NCBI GenBank assembly: GCA_000002445.1
Contig: CP000066.1
Span: forward strand, 1,440,001 to 1,504,000
DNA from: Trypanosoma brucei
Lineage: Eukaryota
Reading direction: 5' to 3'
DNA: 64,000 bases
The notes below the pieces were generated by a model. The model searched no databases. It was not told the origin of the DNA and worked only from the letters and a program-made list of their open reading frames with translations. This document shows, piece by piece, positions 11,551 to 23,832 of this stretch (position 1 is its first letter; each line of letters starts with the position of its first letter). The translations under genes and the position numbers were made by a program.

Positions 11551-12048
11551 ATGCAAAAGCGAGTGAGTTGCGAGGACTTGTGTGTGTGTGTGTGTGTGTT
11601 GTTGTTGTTGCGTTTGTTCGGCGCTTTTTAATTGTGTTGTGACCTGTGTAACGGGGAGGGGAATGGGGAACACGCACGCACCTATATGTGGCAGTGCCTA
11701 GAAGTTCCTCGTTTGCAGTCTTGTTTTCTCAACCATAGAGCAACCCGTACAAACGGGACTGAACACCCTAAATTGTTGTTGAACTCACCGTTCTCGGTTT
11801 TTTCCTTTCTTTTTCCTTTATTATTCTTTACCCTTTCTTGTGGCATATAATAATTACTTACCGCGTCCACCCAAGCGGGCGCCGTTGTATTGCATGAGAG
11901 TAGATGTGTGGATCGATGCGATAACCTCTTCGAGCAATGTTCATGAACATCGCCCCTTTGTCATCCATTTCGATTTTCTCATCTTTTGATGGTCCTTTGG
12001 CCACAATGTTTGAGAACAAGTGCTGTGGCTGAAAGCATCTGCAAACTA

Positions 12049-12140
12049 CAAGGGAGTCTTAGCTGTGTCGTCCCTTTTCTCCCTACACCTATACAACTTC
12101 CTTGCATGTTTTCCTTTCTACTCTTTCCTTGTCTGCTAGA
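12049..12140 (+). promoter_or_regulatory. Polypyrimidine tract plus AG: putative trans-splice acceptor
   Basis: A T/C-rich run (tcgtcccttttctccctacacctatacaacttccttgcatgttttcctttctactctttccttgtctgctag) ends in AG about 8 nt before the ATG at 12148. The track ORF (TTG start at 11986) reads through this tract. Confidence 0.5.
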
Positions 12141-12147
12141 CGCATCA

Positions 12148-13389
12148 ATGGGGAGGGAGGTTTCTTGGGCAGAGCTTCCACTTGTCGTGGATTTATCCGA
12201 CGAACTGACACCGTCGAGTCTCCGTCAAGCGCATTGGTACGTTGACCTGCTTACCAATCCACCTCCGGCTCCGCACCCCTTCCGTACATTTCTTAGTGAA
12301 GTGGAAGCTATACGCTTTGCTGCGACCAAGCTGTCTTCCAAACACAGCGTTGACCCCAGTTTGGTAGATGTTGCTGAAACACCAGTGCAACAAATGTATC
12401 AGCAGCAACTCCCACCTTTGCATAGTAACGAGATTGCTGGCACCATATCGTCTGCTGGGGAAGATATCACCGCAAGGGCGCTCCTGGAGGGTCTGCGTGA
12501 ACGTCAAGGTCACTCGTTGGGGACCGCATTGCATCGGAGGTGGGTGCGCCTTCCGCAGGCATATCTTTCGTGGATGTCGCAACGGATTGCAGATGTCGTG
12601 TTGAGGTGCGTCATGCCACTTGTTGGGGGCGGCGAAGAGTACAGAATGGGCAGTGATAAAGGAAACAAGGTGAGCGAGAGATATGACGTCCACGTGAGGT
12701 ACTTCCCCTCCGTAACACATGACAGTGACTCACAAAACTTGTTCTGTGCGGAGATTGTGGTGCGGGATGTTGAACAATTGCAGCGTATAAATGACTCCGT
12801 GTCACTTCTGAGGGCGAAATATACCGCCGTGCGTGCCGAGGGCCAAACCCTGCAGAGTTCACTTGCCTTTTGGCGCAGTGTGGCCCTCGATGGGAGTACC
12901 GATGAACTCGAGGGAGTCAAAGGGGAATCTTATGGATGGGCAGGTGATGGAATTAGCGGTCACGCGGCGTTGAAACCTCCAGGTGGATTGTTTGGTGTTG
13001 AGGGTCATGGGGGTTGGCTGCAGCCCACAAGACGCCAGATGGGGCGAGGTGCCAATTCACAGCAAGGACGGGGAGCTGGTATTAGTAATTCACACGAGTC
13101 ACCCGCACAAAGTGCTGCGGGACTTGTGGCAGTGTTTTATCTGTCTTTTAGTGGTGTGGCTTATGCAGGGGTTGTCTGTGGTGGTGCGGCTAGAAGAATA
13201 TGCGCAACCGCGTCAATGACGGGTGCTGCTGGTGCTGAAGGACATCCATCTGAGACGGCACCAGATCGAACTGGTGAGACTGATGTTACTACTGTTAGTC
13301 ACAAGGGGGAAGCGGGAGATGTGGAGCCTGTTTTCTTTCTTCCTTGCTCTTCCGGTTCCAGTTTTGTGAGAGGGTTACTCGGTCTATAG
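12148..13389 (+). CDS. Hypothetical protein (~413 aa)
   Basis: The track ORF 11986..13389 begins at TTG and translates the polyY tract. The first ATG after the polyY-AG is 12148 (MGREVSWAELPLVVD...). The sequence is non-repetitive and protein-like, with no recognisable domain. Confidence 0.55.
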   Translation: MGREVSWAELPLVVDLSDELTPSSLRQAHWYVDLLTNPPPAPHPFRTFLSEVEAIRFAATKLSSKHSVDPSLVDVAETPVQQMYQQQLPPLHSNEIAGTISSAGEDITARALLEGLRERQGHSLGTALHRRWVRLPQAYLSWMSQRIADVVLRCVMPLVGGGEEYRMGSDKGNKVSERYDVHVRYFPSVTHDSDSQNLFCAEIVVRDVEQLQRINDSVSLLRAKYTAVRAEGQTLQSSLAFWRSVALDGSTDELEGVKGESYGWAGDGISGHAALKPPGGLFGVEGHGGWLQPTRRQMGRGANSQQGRGAGISNSHESPAQSAAGLVAVFYLSFSGVAYAGVVCGGAARRICATASMTGAAGAEGHPSETAPDRTGETDVTTVSHKGEAGDVEPVFFLPCSSGSSFVRGLLGL

Positions 13390-13905
13390 GTGTATGGCGA
13401 GAGGTTTTCAGCACCGATTTTTCTGCTGTTAGCTCATCATTTACGGCATGTGGTTGCTACTTTCCACCCATTTCCTTTTGACTTCTAGCACCTTCTTCAG
13501 GCAACAAAATGTTGTAAAGCGGCGTTGGGTACACAGGTGATGAAATTTTACTGTTTGTGAGGGTCTTTCATACATTTCCAGTTATTGGTTACCTCAAACA
13601 CCTGACGCTCGTGTCAATGTTACACCCTCAATCTTTTAGTGTTTCCACCCGTGTGCAACTGTGCATGATGTGTGGTTGATCCAATTGAACCGCCAATATT
13701 CTTTCGTTCCCCCCTTTGCCTCCCGCATATAAATATATATTCCTTTAACCATTTTCCTTTCCCTTTGTCTCATTATATGAAAAGAAAGCAACACAAACAA
13801 CAAACGGAACGCACTCTTATACCTTAGAAGGGGGAAAACTGTGTTTGACCGCTAAAGGTAACAAGACTAACACCACACTTCTCTTCTTTATTTTTCTCCG
13901 CAACC

Positions 13906-14316
13906 ATGGCCATGTCTGGTGTTTCTGTTGCGGACGAGTGCGTCACGGCGCTCAATGATCTCCGCCACAAGAAGTCCCGCTACGTGATTATGCACATCGT
14001 TGATCAAAAGTCCATTGCCGTGAAAACTATTGGCGAGCGAGGCGCCAACTTTGATCAGTTCATTGAGGCCATTGACAAAAATGTGCCATGTTACGCTGCT
14101 TTTGACTTTGAGTATACCACCAATGACGGCCCTCGTGACAAATTAATTCTCATCAGTTGGAATCCCGATTCCGGAGCCCCACGCACGAAGATGTTGTACA
14201 GCAGCAGCCGCGACGCTCTCGTGCCCCTCACGCAGGGTTTCCAGGGAATTCAGGCAAATGATGCATCGGGACTTGACTTTGAGGAAATCTCCCGCAAAGT
14301 GAAGTCGAACCGGTAA
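13906..14316 (+). CDS. Actin-depolymerising factor / cofilin (ADF-H domain)
   Basis: A 136-aa protein (MAMSGVSVADECVTALNDL...YVIMHIVD...YAAFDFEYTTNDGPRDKLILISWNPDSGAPRTKMLYSSSRDALV...) with the size and conserved layout of ADF/cofilin: the N-terminal S-x-V segment, an actin-binding long helix and a W-x-P-D motif. ATG at 13906. Confidence 0.93.
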   Translation: MAMSGVSVADECVTALNDLRHKKSRYVIMHIVDQKSIAVKTIGERGANFDQFIEAIDKNVPCYAAFDFEYTTNDGPRDKLILISWNPDSGAPRTKMLYSSSRDALVPLTQGFQGIQANDASGLDFEEISRKVKSNR

Positions 14317-16976
14317 TAATAAAAAAGAAAAATGTACGGCAGAAGGATGATGGGAGAAAAGGAGAAAAGGAGCGGTGTGGAGTGAGGGAATGAACAAGGA
14401 GTGTGCAAATGAGAAAGAAAAAAAAATAAGCGACGGGCAAAGGAAGACCAAAAAAAATAAAAAAGAAAAAGAGAAGGAAAAAGAAGAGAGGAAATCGGCA
14501 AAAACAGGGAAGGAATGGTGCGAAAATGAGAATAGGAAGGAAAAGAAAAATAGGAGAGGGATCGAAAGTTCAAAGGAAATAGTAAAGGACTAAAATTCAG
14601 AAAACGGATATGTTTCCTTCTTTTTTTCTTTTTCTTTTTCTTTTTTGGTTTGTCTCTCGTTTATTTTTATATCATTTGTTACATCAGTGATACCAGTCTT
14701 CACTACTGGACCATTTTCTCTCTTATTTTTGGTTTTGCAGTTTTTTTCTTTTCTTTTCTTCCTTTCTTTACCGCACTGCTTTTTCTTTTTGTCCCTATTC
14801 ACGCTTTGTTTGCTAAATTAAGTTACATCACGCAGGCGTAAACTATGGCCACTGCTACCGTTACTTCTCTCGTCGTTTATTCGTTTATTTAAATTATGTT
14901 GCAAAAAAAAAAATTTTAATGAAAGAAACAAATACAAGAGAAAGAAGAGGTGAAAAAGAAGAGTGCAGGAAGGCCACCAGTTTTACGTGTCTGTCTGTCT
15001 GTCTGTCTGTCTGTGTGTGTGTGTGTTTGTTTTGCGCGTGTGAAATGGACCAGAATTCAGGAAAAGGAGGAAAGTAAGAGAAAAAAAAAGAAAAAAACAA
15101 AAATACAAAACAAAACTGAAATCGAATGAATTTTTAGGCTTGCATTTGAAGCTCTTAAGCACCTCCAGCTTACTGCTATGGCTTCTTTATTTATTTATTT
15201 ACTTTTTTACTTTTTTTTTTTTTTTTACCTACCCGCCCCTCCACACAACCACTCATTTCTTTCGTTTCTCCTCTCATTCTGTGCATGAATATATACAAAT
15301 ATAAATAGTTGTATGTGTTTCTCATCTATTTGTATTTACTTGTCTTGTCTTTTTACAGTTGTTAAAATGTGTTCCCTTCTTTTTCTTTCTTTTTGTATTG
15401 TTAATGTTCTGTGTTTTGTCTTATTTTATATCAAAGTGGGAAGGCTCACTTCACCGACAGGTTTATTTGTGCATATATTTGGAATATATAAAAGGATAAA
15501 CCTGCCAAAGGGAAGTGAGAGTAGTGTGTAGAAGCGAAAATAGCAAAGACAGAATAGGAGATATCCATTTGGAAAACACGAGTAAATTTAGGTAAAAGGG
15601 CTTTTGTGCGCGTTTTGTTCCCTCCATCTTGTTTTTTTTTTCAAAGAAAAAGGAAGACAAAAAAGGGAAAAAGAAAGGAGGGTTGTTGTTGTTGTTGCTG
15701 TCGTTGTTTCCTTTGCTCATTGGATTTTAGGAACGAAGCAATAGGAAGCAAAAAGATACAAGTACCAGCACAGTGCGAGTGTGTTTTTATAAAACACATA
15801 ATATTCCCGTCATCTCCTTCGCTGTAGTCCACTTTGCCAACAGTAAACGGCATTAATTTTATTACTGCTGAAGTTATTGTTATTATTAGCAGGCGTATTT
15901 CCGGTGTTGCAAGTTTCATTGCGCCACTCAATCAATCAATCAATCAAACAAACAAAAAGTAGCGACCTTTGTTTTTTTTTTCGTCTACCTCTTCTTTTTT
16001 TTTTCCTCTTTGTGTTTGTGCGTGCGTTTTGTGAGATCAAAAGAGTGCTTTGATCAAACGAATCGAAGTCCATTTAGGCAAAGTTAGTCAAGGAAGAAAA
16101 AGCGCAGCATTTAGTACATATATATATATATATATATATTAATTTAATTTTTTTTATAAAGAAGGAATATTTTTGTATCTTCTTTTTTTTGTGTTTCTCC
16201 TCATTTCGGATTCCATTTTTTTTTCTTTTGGGGGCCGTAGCAGAGTTTAGGTAAGTTAGTTAGTACGTATATTAAACAGTAAGTGAGTAAAAAAGGGGAG
16301 AAAATAGACTTCGGTAAATTTATATATTTATACATTTATATAGGGACAACAAAACAGAACCTGAACATAGTAATATCTTTTTTTTTCTTTTTGAGCAAGA
16401 GGAACGAAAGGAAGAAATAAAGAGAAAAAGTAAGGTCTTTATTATTGTTGTTGTTGCTATCATCATTAGTAGTATTAATAGTAAAATTACTAGGGAATTG
16501 TAAGCTATTTGTTAAACGCCCGTTTGATCAATCGTTTTATACCTCATTTCCCTTCTTTGTAGAGTTTGACAGACTAGTTTCTTTGAAACCTGTTCTGTTT
16601 AATCTTTCGTGGGCTTTATTACTTTACTTTACTTTTTTTTTTAGTTTCTCAACTTAGAAATCAAAGATATATATATTTATATATATATATATATATCTTT
16701 GGGTCACCCGTTTTAAAGGGTGCTGTTGTTATTATTGTTATTATTAAGCTATTATTTTCGTTTCCGCTGTCACCGGTTTACAAAGTTACGGAGCGCCACG
16801 TGACACCGTCTCTTCATTTTTGTTTTCTGTTACTGTGATAATATTTATTATAATTATTGTTGTTGTTTTTTTGTTGTTGTTGGCGTGCCACTAACCAACT
16901 GAGTAAGTGAGTGAGTGAGTGTGAGTGTGTGCGTGTGCGTGTTTTGAGTTTGTTTTTGTGTGATTGACGGGTCGTA

Positions 16977-18053
16977 ATGTTCGTTCGGAAATTTCAGGGA
17001 GAAATCCTCAAAAAGGAGGGGCATGAACCACCAAAAGGGGATAAAGCACAGGGATCTCACTCAATGAGTTTAACAACTTCTTTTGTGGATCCGGAAAACG
17101 CGAAGCGCGAGCGACCGGTTGTGGATGTCTCAGCTCCGTATAATCCACTGGATGAGACGCATCAAATACGAAAATTGGGAGTACAAAAACTCGCTATTGG
17201 GTTCCTTTCCCTCAACGGTTTCACAGGTGCACACGAGGAGGTACCTTACACGGATTCCATGAGTACATACGAATGCGTGAGGTACGGTATGATAGGCCTC
17301 AATGTGTGGTTCGCAAACTTTTTCTTGGTTCGCGCGGGTAATTCCGGTTCACCTGTAGGACATCCACGGACACGGTTTGCGTGGAACATAGCGTTTTTAA
17401 TGGGAATTATACGAGTGAACTTGGCGGGTATTGTTGGAATTGGTGGGTACTTTTACTCGTATGAATGGCTCTATACCCATGGGCCGGCGATGTTCCGTAT
17501 TAAAGATCCCTCCCCAAATGCGTATAAGCGGGCATGGGATGAGGGTCAAAGTTGTTACTTGTCTCGTGCAGCCGCTTGCATTTTCCCGCCACTCGGCTAC
17601 GCCATCTTTATGGGGCGCTGGAAGAAAACCGCTTTTTGGTTTGTCTTCACACTGGCGATGAGTATGCAGTATGAATATGCGCGGCATTACATTCTTCCTG
17701 GTATGCGGTTGTTTTATAGCTTTCAGGCGAACCGAGAGACGCAGCGGCAGGCAAATTGGGGTTCACTCGCTCCCGTATTGGAACATCGTGTGGATCCTGA
17801 TACCAATCGTAATGCAAGCGTGGCAGCGTCGCGGTATATGCGTATTACTCAAGGTCCACTTCAGGATACTATTTGGGCTAATGCAACGCATGAGAATTTA
17901 CCTTTCCACCGCTACGGTATGAAGCTGCCAAACCCGTATTATAACTGGCAGAAGGCACCGCAGGGGTACAATAGCAAGCCATATCGTTTCAAGAATGATT
18001 TATGGGACCTGCCAAATGTATTGAACACATCTAAAGCAAATTTTCGTATCTAA
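16977..18053 (+). CDS. Hypothetical multi-pass membrane protein (358 aa)
   Basis: ATG at 16977. Several hydrophobic segments of 20+ aa (GMIGLNVWFANFFLV; IAFLMGIIRVNLAGIVGIGGYFY; AAACIFPPLGYAIFMG; AFWFVFTLAMSM). No recognised family. Confidence 0.6.
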   Translation: MFVRKFQGEILKKEGHEPPKGDKAQGSHSMSLTTSFVDPENAKRERPVVDVSAPYNPLDETHQIRKLGVQKLAIGFLSLNGFTGAHEEVPYTDSMSTYECVRYGMIGLNVWFANFFLVRAGNSGSPVGHPRTRFAWNIAFLMGIIRVNLAGIVGIGGYFYSYEWLYTHGPAMFRIKDPSPNAYKRAWDEGQSCYLSRAAACIFPPLGYAIFMGRWKKTAFWFVFTLAMSMQYEYARHYILPGMRLFYSFQANRETQRQANWGSLAPVLEHRVDPDTNRNASVAASRYMRITQGPLQDTIWANATHENLPFHRYGMKLPNPYYNWQKAPQGYNSKPYRFKNDLWDLPNVLNTSKANFRI

Positions 18054-18507
18054 AAAAGAACATTTTGGTGGGAGGATATATTTGGTGTGCAGGTGTGTGT
18101 ATATGTGTGTGTTTATGTGGGTAAATATAGCGGTTTCTTTCCTCATCCTTCCCTTTTGTACCTTTTCCTCCTTTCATTTTTTGTTTTGCAACCTCTCATT
18201 GTTTTTTTTTGTTTTTCTTTCTTTTTTTTTTTTTTGCCTTCGGAGAGGCGAGACGGATGCGCACAAAGGGGAGGAAAGGATCTACTTGTTCTGGTTGAAG
18301 CTGTGGAAGTTTTCTTTTACTTCGTATATTATTATTATTGTTATTATTTCATCGAGCTTGGCTCCTTTATGCTCCTTGGTTTGTATATTTTTCGTTTCGT
18401 GGAAGGTGGGTTGTAAATGTATGATGAAGGAACGATCGTAAGCAACAAAATAAATAAAAAAAAGAAAAAAAAAGGTGAAGGACAGAAAAGAAAGGCGGGG
18501 AGAAGGG

Positions 18508-18547
18508 TTGGTGGTGGTGGTGGTGGTGGTGGTGGTGGTGGTGGTGG
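18508..18547 (+). repeat. (GGT)13 microsatellite in an intergenic/UTR region
   Basis: A direct run ggtggtggtggt... visible in the sequence. Confidence 0.95.
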
Positions 18548-19488
18548 AAACTGTAGATGACGTTTATTTGAACGCCATGTTGCTGTAAATGTAGAATGGC
18601 AACAGAAGTTTCTTCCCAGTTTCACAATCCCAATCTTTAACTTCTTCTTTCCTGTTTATTTATTTATTTTGCTGCTTGCTTGAATCTACTTTATATATAC
18701 ACACTTTTTTTAAAAGTGATGTGAAGGGGGAATGCAAAAGGTGATGGGAGGATGGAGGAAGGGGGATAACTGCAATAATAAGACTGCAGCGTCATAGGCC
18801 TGTGGTGATGTGAAGTAGGAAATTCGTGCGAGTGGAAGAAAGGAAAAACTAAATCAAACGAGAAAAAAAAAAGACAAAAAATATGACGTGAGGGTGCCTG
18901 GGGGTGGGATGGGGGAAGCAGATCGATTTTTTTTCTTTCGTGCGTGTTTATGTGTTTGTGTGTGTTAATGTGCCTACGGTGCAGCAGAGCCATCTTTAAA
19001 GCGTTTTGAATCTGCGGCGGCTGGTTCCTGAATTATGTGCGTAACAGTAACTATAGATGCATTTTGTAGTGTCGCGTGCAATTTTCGATGTGCTGTGTGG
19101 TGAACTGTTCGTGTGTTCTCGTTTGATTTTTTTATTAGCTGTCCTTGCGGCACTGGAATGTTATTGCCGCATATATTTGTATGTTTATTTATTGAGTTGT
19201 TGCTTGCTTTTTCTACTTTTATTAATTTTATTATTTCCCCGGGGGCCACAACTGGTGTAGCAGTCAAGGGAATTACATACCAAGTACTTACAGGAGAGTA
19301 ACTGTACCGATAGATATTCATATTTGCAGATAGATAAGAGTTAGGACACGTAGGTATTGGATATATAACATAGAAGAGGAGCAAGAAAAGGGGGGAAAAA
19401 AGAAAAAAAAGGGAAGAGAAGAGAAGGGAGATTACTGTTCATCCCGTTACGAGTCTCATTTCGGTGGTTTCTATTACCAACCGGTTTA

Positions 19489-20199
19489 ATGGCATGTGAT
19501 GATTCGACGAAGCGCAATGCCGCAGCCGTCAATCGTCTTCTCCAAAAGACTCGAGCTGCAACGGCCCCTAATAGTCAGTGGTTAAATTCCATAACACGGA
19601 GGGAAGATGGAACACTGTCGAATGAGTTGCACCTCAGCAACCAACAGCGCCTCGCCTGCGAAATGGGCGTATTTCCTAAAGGCCACTTCGGTGATGTAGA
19701 AATAGAAGAGGAGAATCCCCAGCGCTCATGTCATGCGTTAGCTCAGAGGCGTGCGCGACATGAGTGGAAAACTGATGAGGAGGCAAAACGGCGGCTGCAA
19801 ATTGGCCGCGGCGAAGTGTGCAATAAACGGGAACTTCGTGCGGCAGCGCGGCGGGAGGCGGCGATTCTTCGTTATGAAATGACTCTTCCCAGGCGGCGTG
19901 TGGTTGGACATCTTTCGCATTTAATGCCAGCACAAGCGGATGCGTCACTTGCTGTTCCAACTGAAGGCGCTGCTGATGCTCTCGTGGAAAAGGGATGTGG
20001 CCGCTGGGTTTTACATAATTCCTACCGACAGCAGCTTCTGCATGGAGAGCCCGTCATGACGAGGATTATGCGTGGAGAGTTTTATGAAACCAAACCTCCT
20101 CCACAGAGGAAAAAGAAGGTTTGGGCTGCAGGAAAGCGGCACGTCCGTATGACCAGCGAAGTAAACCGTTTAATGAACACAGGAGGGTGGTGTCGATAA
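19489..20199 (+). CDS. Hypothetical basic protein (236 aa)
   Basis: ATG at 19489. R/K/A-rich, non-repetitive, no recognisable domain. Same strand and spacing as its neighbours. Confidence 0.5.
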   Translation: MACDDSTKRNAAAVNRLLQKTRAATAPNSQWLNSITRREDGTLSNELHLSNQQRLACEMGVFPKGHFGDVEIEEENPQRSCHALAQRRARHEWKTDEEAKRRLQIGRGEVCNKRELRAAARREAAILRYEMTLPRRRVVGHLSHLMPAQADASLAVPTEGAADALVEKGCGRWVLHNSYRQQLLHGEPVMTRIMRGEFYETKPPPQRKKKVWAAGKRHVRMTSEVNRLMNTGGWCR

Positions 20200-21008
20200 A
20201 CGAAAAAAAAAAGAGGATGGATAAGGTTATGGAGGGAAAAAAACCAATCCTCTAAGGGATTGCATATGGTGGTTAGTATTACATTCTTGTGCAGTCCTTT
20301 CCTCGCTATTTTGCTTAATATATATATATTTCTTTCCCTGCGTGCGCTCTCCTAGTTCTTCTTCATTTCCTATCATGAAAATGAGAAATGTTCATAGATG
20401 CAAATTGCGCCCTGTTGAATTTCACCGCTAAGGCATTTTTTTTTCTTTTGCGGCCCAGTGTTTTTGGTTCCTTCTTCTTTTTTATTCATCAGCATGCCAT
20501 GGTAACTCACTTGCCGCTAGATTTGGTGTACGTTTGCGACATGATTTTAATTAATTTTCCCCTTAATTTTTATTGTTTTTTTTTCATTTTCGTCACTTGC
20601 ACGGAGTCGTCACCAACAGGCCCCCTCTTTTTTTCTTTCCATTACCCCTCTTTTCGGTAAAATACCATCCCACTTCAGGTTCGGATGGTGGCACGTAGAT
20701 TCATCCCTAACCTTTTTTTTTTCACGAGTGAGTGTCGCTAATTCTTGCCTTTTCACTTTTTTTTATAAAAAAATCTCTTTAAAAAAATTTGTTATCTCCC
20801 ATGGTCATGATTGTCATTACTGTTGTTTCATAATTTTACATCCCATTTTTTCTTTATTTTTCCTTTTATTTTTTATTTTTTTATGCTGATTTACTTTAGA
20901 TTTCTTTGCTTGTTATAACAGTCTGGAAGTGAACCCTGGGAAGTGAGAAGCAGGGAAGTGTTGACGCACATCCTCTTACACACATATATATTTGTACAAT
21001 ATAAATAA

Positions 21009-21039
<31 letters not shown>

Positions 21040-21093
21040 ACAGTGTAGAGCAAGGTTAGTGTAAAGTAGGTATATATATATTTTTGTAGTGGC

Positions 21094-22050
21094 ATGTTGA
21101 GGCTTATCAACAGAGGAAACAAGCGGTGTGATGAGCCATGGTCACCTCTCTTTTATCCACTTCAACCATGCCTTATTGTAATACGTGTTGGCCGTGCCGC
21201 CATCTCATCAGTTGCATCCAGGAAACTTTGCGTGGCGCTCTCACCACGTCTCTTAGGTGAAGGTATCGCTTCCAATGTTTCCCTTAGCAGCCGTGTGCAG
21301 CGGGAGGCTTTTTATTATGTAGTTTCATACCTTTCGCTTCGTCGCCCTGTACTCATTGCATGGCCAGTGGAAAAAGTGCTGTGGATTATTGGGCGAAATG
21401 CTTCAGGTTCAGTAAGTGGTACTACCACAAATATAATGTCACGTTTAGCAGGGCAACCCCTCGTGCGGCAGGTGACGGCAGTGGCACTTCATGGCGGAAT
21501 CGCCTCCACCGCCGCTGCCGTTGTTGTGCAAATTGGCGGTCGAAGTTTTGTGTTGTTGCGGCGAGCCATCACGGACTCGAGTTTTTCAAAGTTGTCTCTC
21601 CAACAATATTGTCATGATGTTGTTACGATTCTCGCATCCGCTGGCGTGTCTGTAGCGGGTGGAGGTGTCGGGGCAGTTGTTGGTGGTTTTATTCTTCCGG
21701 GTATTGGAACCGTAATTGGATGTATTGTTGGATCTTTTGGTGGTGGACTTGTGCCTTACGCTTTGCGAGACGAGGGACCCGAGAAGAAGCAACAACAAAT
21801 GGCGCAACATTGTTACAATCCAACTCGGCCACTTAAAATATTGGAGGAAGATGATGGTTGGCTCTATATTACAGACTGTACTGGGGATTCGCAGTATATG
21901 TTTTACGACCAAATGGGAGGTGGGGAAACAAAATCTATTTTAGAGGAGGATGGCGCTGTCAATGGTGTAAAGGTCGAGAATTGTGATGTTGACGGAAGCG
22001 ACGATAGTGTTGGAAGTGAGTGGGAAGATGTAAAGGACGCAGATTCGTAG
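21094..22050 (+). CDS. Hypothetical protein with a glycine-zipper transmembrane-like segment and an acidic C-terminus
   Basis: ATG at 21094, preceded by a short polyY and AG. It contains a VAGGGVGAVVGGFILPGIGTVIGCIVGSFGGGL GxxxG-repeat hydrophobic segment and a C-terminal D/E-rich tail. Confidence 0.55.
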   Translation: MLRLINRGNKRCDEPWSPLFYPLQPCLIVIRVGRAAISSVASRKLCVALSPRLLGEGIASNVSLSSRVQREAFYYVVSYLSLRRPVLIAWPVEKVLWIIGRNASGSVSGTTTNIMSRLAGQPLVRQVTAVALHGGIASTAAAVVVQIGGRSFVLLRRAITDSSFSKLSLQQYCHDVVTILASAGVSVAGGGVGAVVGGFILPGIGTVIGCIVGSFGGGLVPYALRDEGPEKKQQQMAQHCYNPTRPLKILEEDDGWLYITDCTGDSQYMFYDQMGGGETKSILEEDGAVNGVKVENCDVDGSDDSVGSEWEDVKDADS

Positions 22051-22220
22051 TAGTTGAGCAAACGGTTTTTCTTTTTTCGAAGTTTATGTTGTTCGTGTTT
22101 ATATGGAAGGATGCGGACGCTGCCGGAGTTTTCCCTTCTTTTTCTTGCAATAGTTCCGACTTTTAATGATAACAATAGTTATTGTTTTCATTCAGTTTTC
22201 CATCTCACCTAAGCACATAG

Positions 22221-22252
<32 letters not shown>

Positions 22253-23832
22253 GCAAATGCACGAGGGAACGTATTATTTTATTAACTTTATTGCTTAGCA
22301 GGTGTTGCCATTGCGGAGAGGGGGAACAACGAATACGGGTATAAAGCAAAGAAATGCATGAAGGGAGATGAGGTTGGGAACTTTTTACTTTTTTTTTTTC
22401 ACTTTTTCAGCATTTAACTGCGTATCCATGACGGCATTTCTTGATGACGCTATGGTTTGTCCCTCTTTATTTAATTCAGTTTGCTTTAGTCCTTCACTCT
22501 CCACTTTCTTTTTCCCTTCTTTTTTTTAAAAAAAATGTTTCATAGGTATCACCATATCCCTTCTGCGTACCCGCAATTGTTGTGCGTATTTTCCTAATTT
22601 ATTCCCTTTTTCTTTTTTTTTTCTCTTTTTCCCCTTTTCTTTATCTTTTTTTTTACTTACGTCAACTCGTTGAAATTATGTATTGTTCCTTCCTTTTCGT
22701 ATGGCGTTAAATAAATATAGAAATATATATGCACCCGTGTTTATGTGGATATGTGTAAAGTGTTGGTCTTCTTTCATGTTACAATTTTTTTTTCTTTTTC
22801 TCTTTCCTCCGTTTTGTTGCTTTTCTCATTGCTTATGATGCTTAATTGCATCTTAAATTATATAACTTAATTGCCCGTACATTTGCAGCATGTTGGGAAG
22901 CGGAAGAGGTGTGGGGAAGGGAAGGGGAAAAATATGATGCGGATGCTGAGAATTTTGGTTATGGTGGTGATATAAATATGGAAGAGGTCACATCAGTTGC
23001 TGTTTTTGTGTTATATCGTATCATATAATATCGTATTTTGTTTGTTTGTTTGTTTGATTTACCTATTTATTATTATTATTTTTTTTTCTTTTGAAAAAAA
23101 GGAAATTTTAATTATGCACAGTTTTGTCGACTTCTCTCCTGTTCCTTTTCTCTCTCTCCTTCCCATACGCAGGCACATTTCTTATATATTTTTTGCAAAA
23201 AAAAAAGCTCATTTATTTGAGCATTCAGACTTTTCATTTTCCCTCCTATTTGTCGCATACGAGAAACTGTGTTTGTATGTGTCGTCTTTTACTTTTATGT
23301 GTTTCCTAATTGTTGTTGTTTGCTTAAAACCCTCTTCATTAATTCATTCATCATGTTTTAACACATCCTATTTTTCCCCCTTGTTTTTTTTGTTCTTTAC
23401 ATGTGGAATGAGTAAGTTCACCATCACCCCCTTTTTTAGAAAAGACAAAAAAAAAGAAAAGAAGAAAAGAAATTACACCTTATAATATAAAACATCCGTG
23501 TGCACAAATACCTAAATATATACTAATTTTGTTAGAAAGCTAACAAAAACGAAGGAGAAACGAACGAACAAACAAACAAACAAACCAAAAAGAAGAGTGT
23601 ACACGGGGAAGGGAATAAATAATATTCACTTGGAAAAGGAGGAGTTTGCAACGCACCTTCCCTTTTCCCTCGCGTTGTTACGCAAAAACAAAACAAAAAA
23701 AAGCAAATAAAAAAGAACCAGTGGATCAGGTGACCACGTCATCATTAAATTTCATCAACCATATAAACTCCATTGCATATATAGAGTGAAATTACACTTC
23801 ACAACTATTTACCTCAGTTGTGTTTTCACCTC

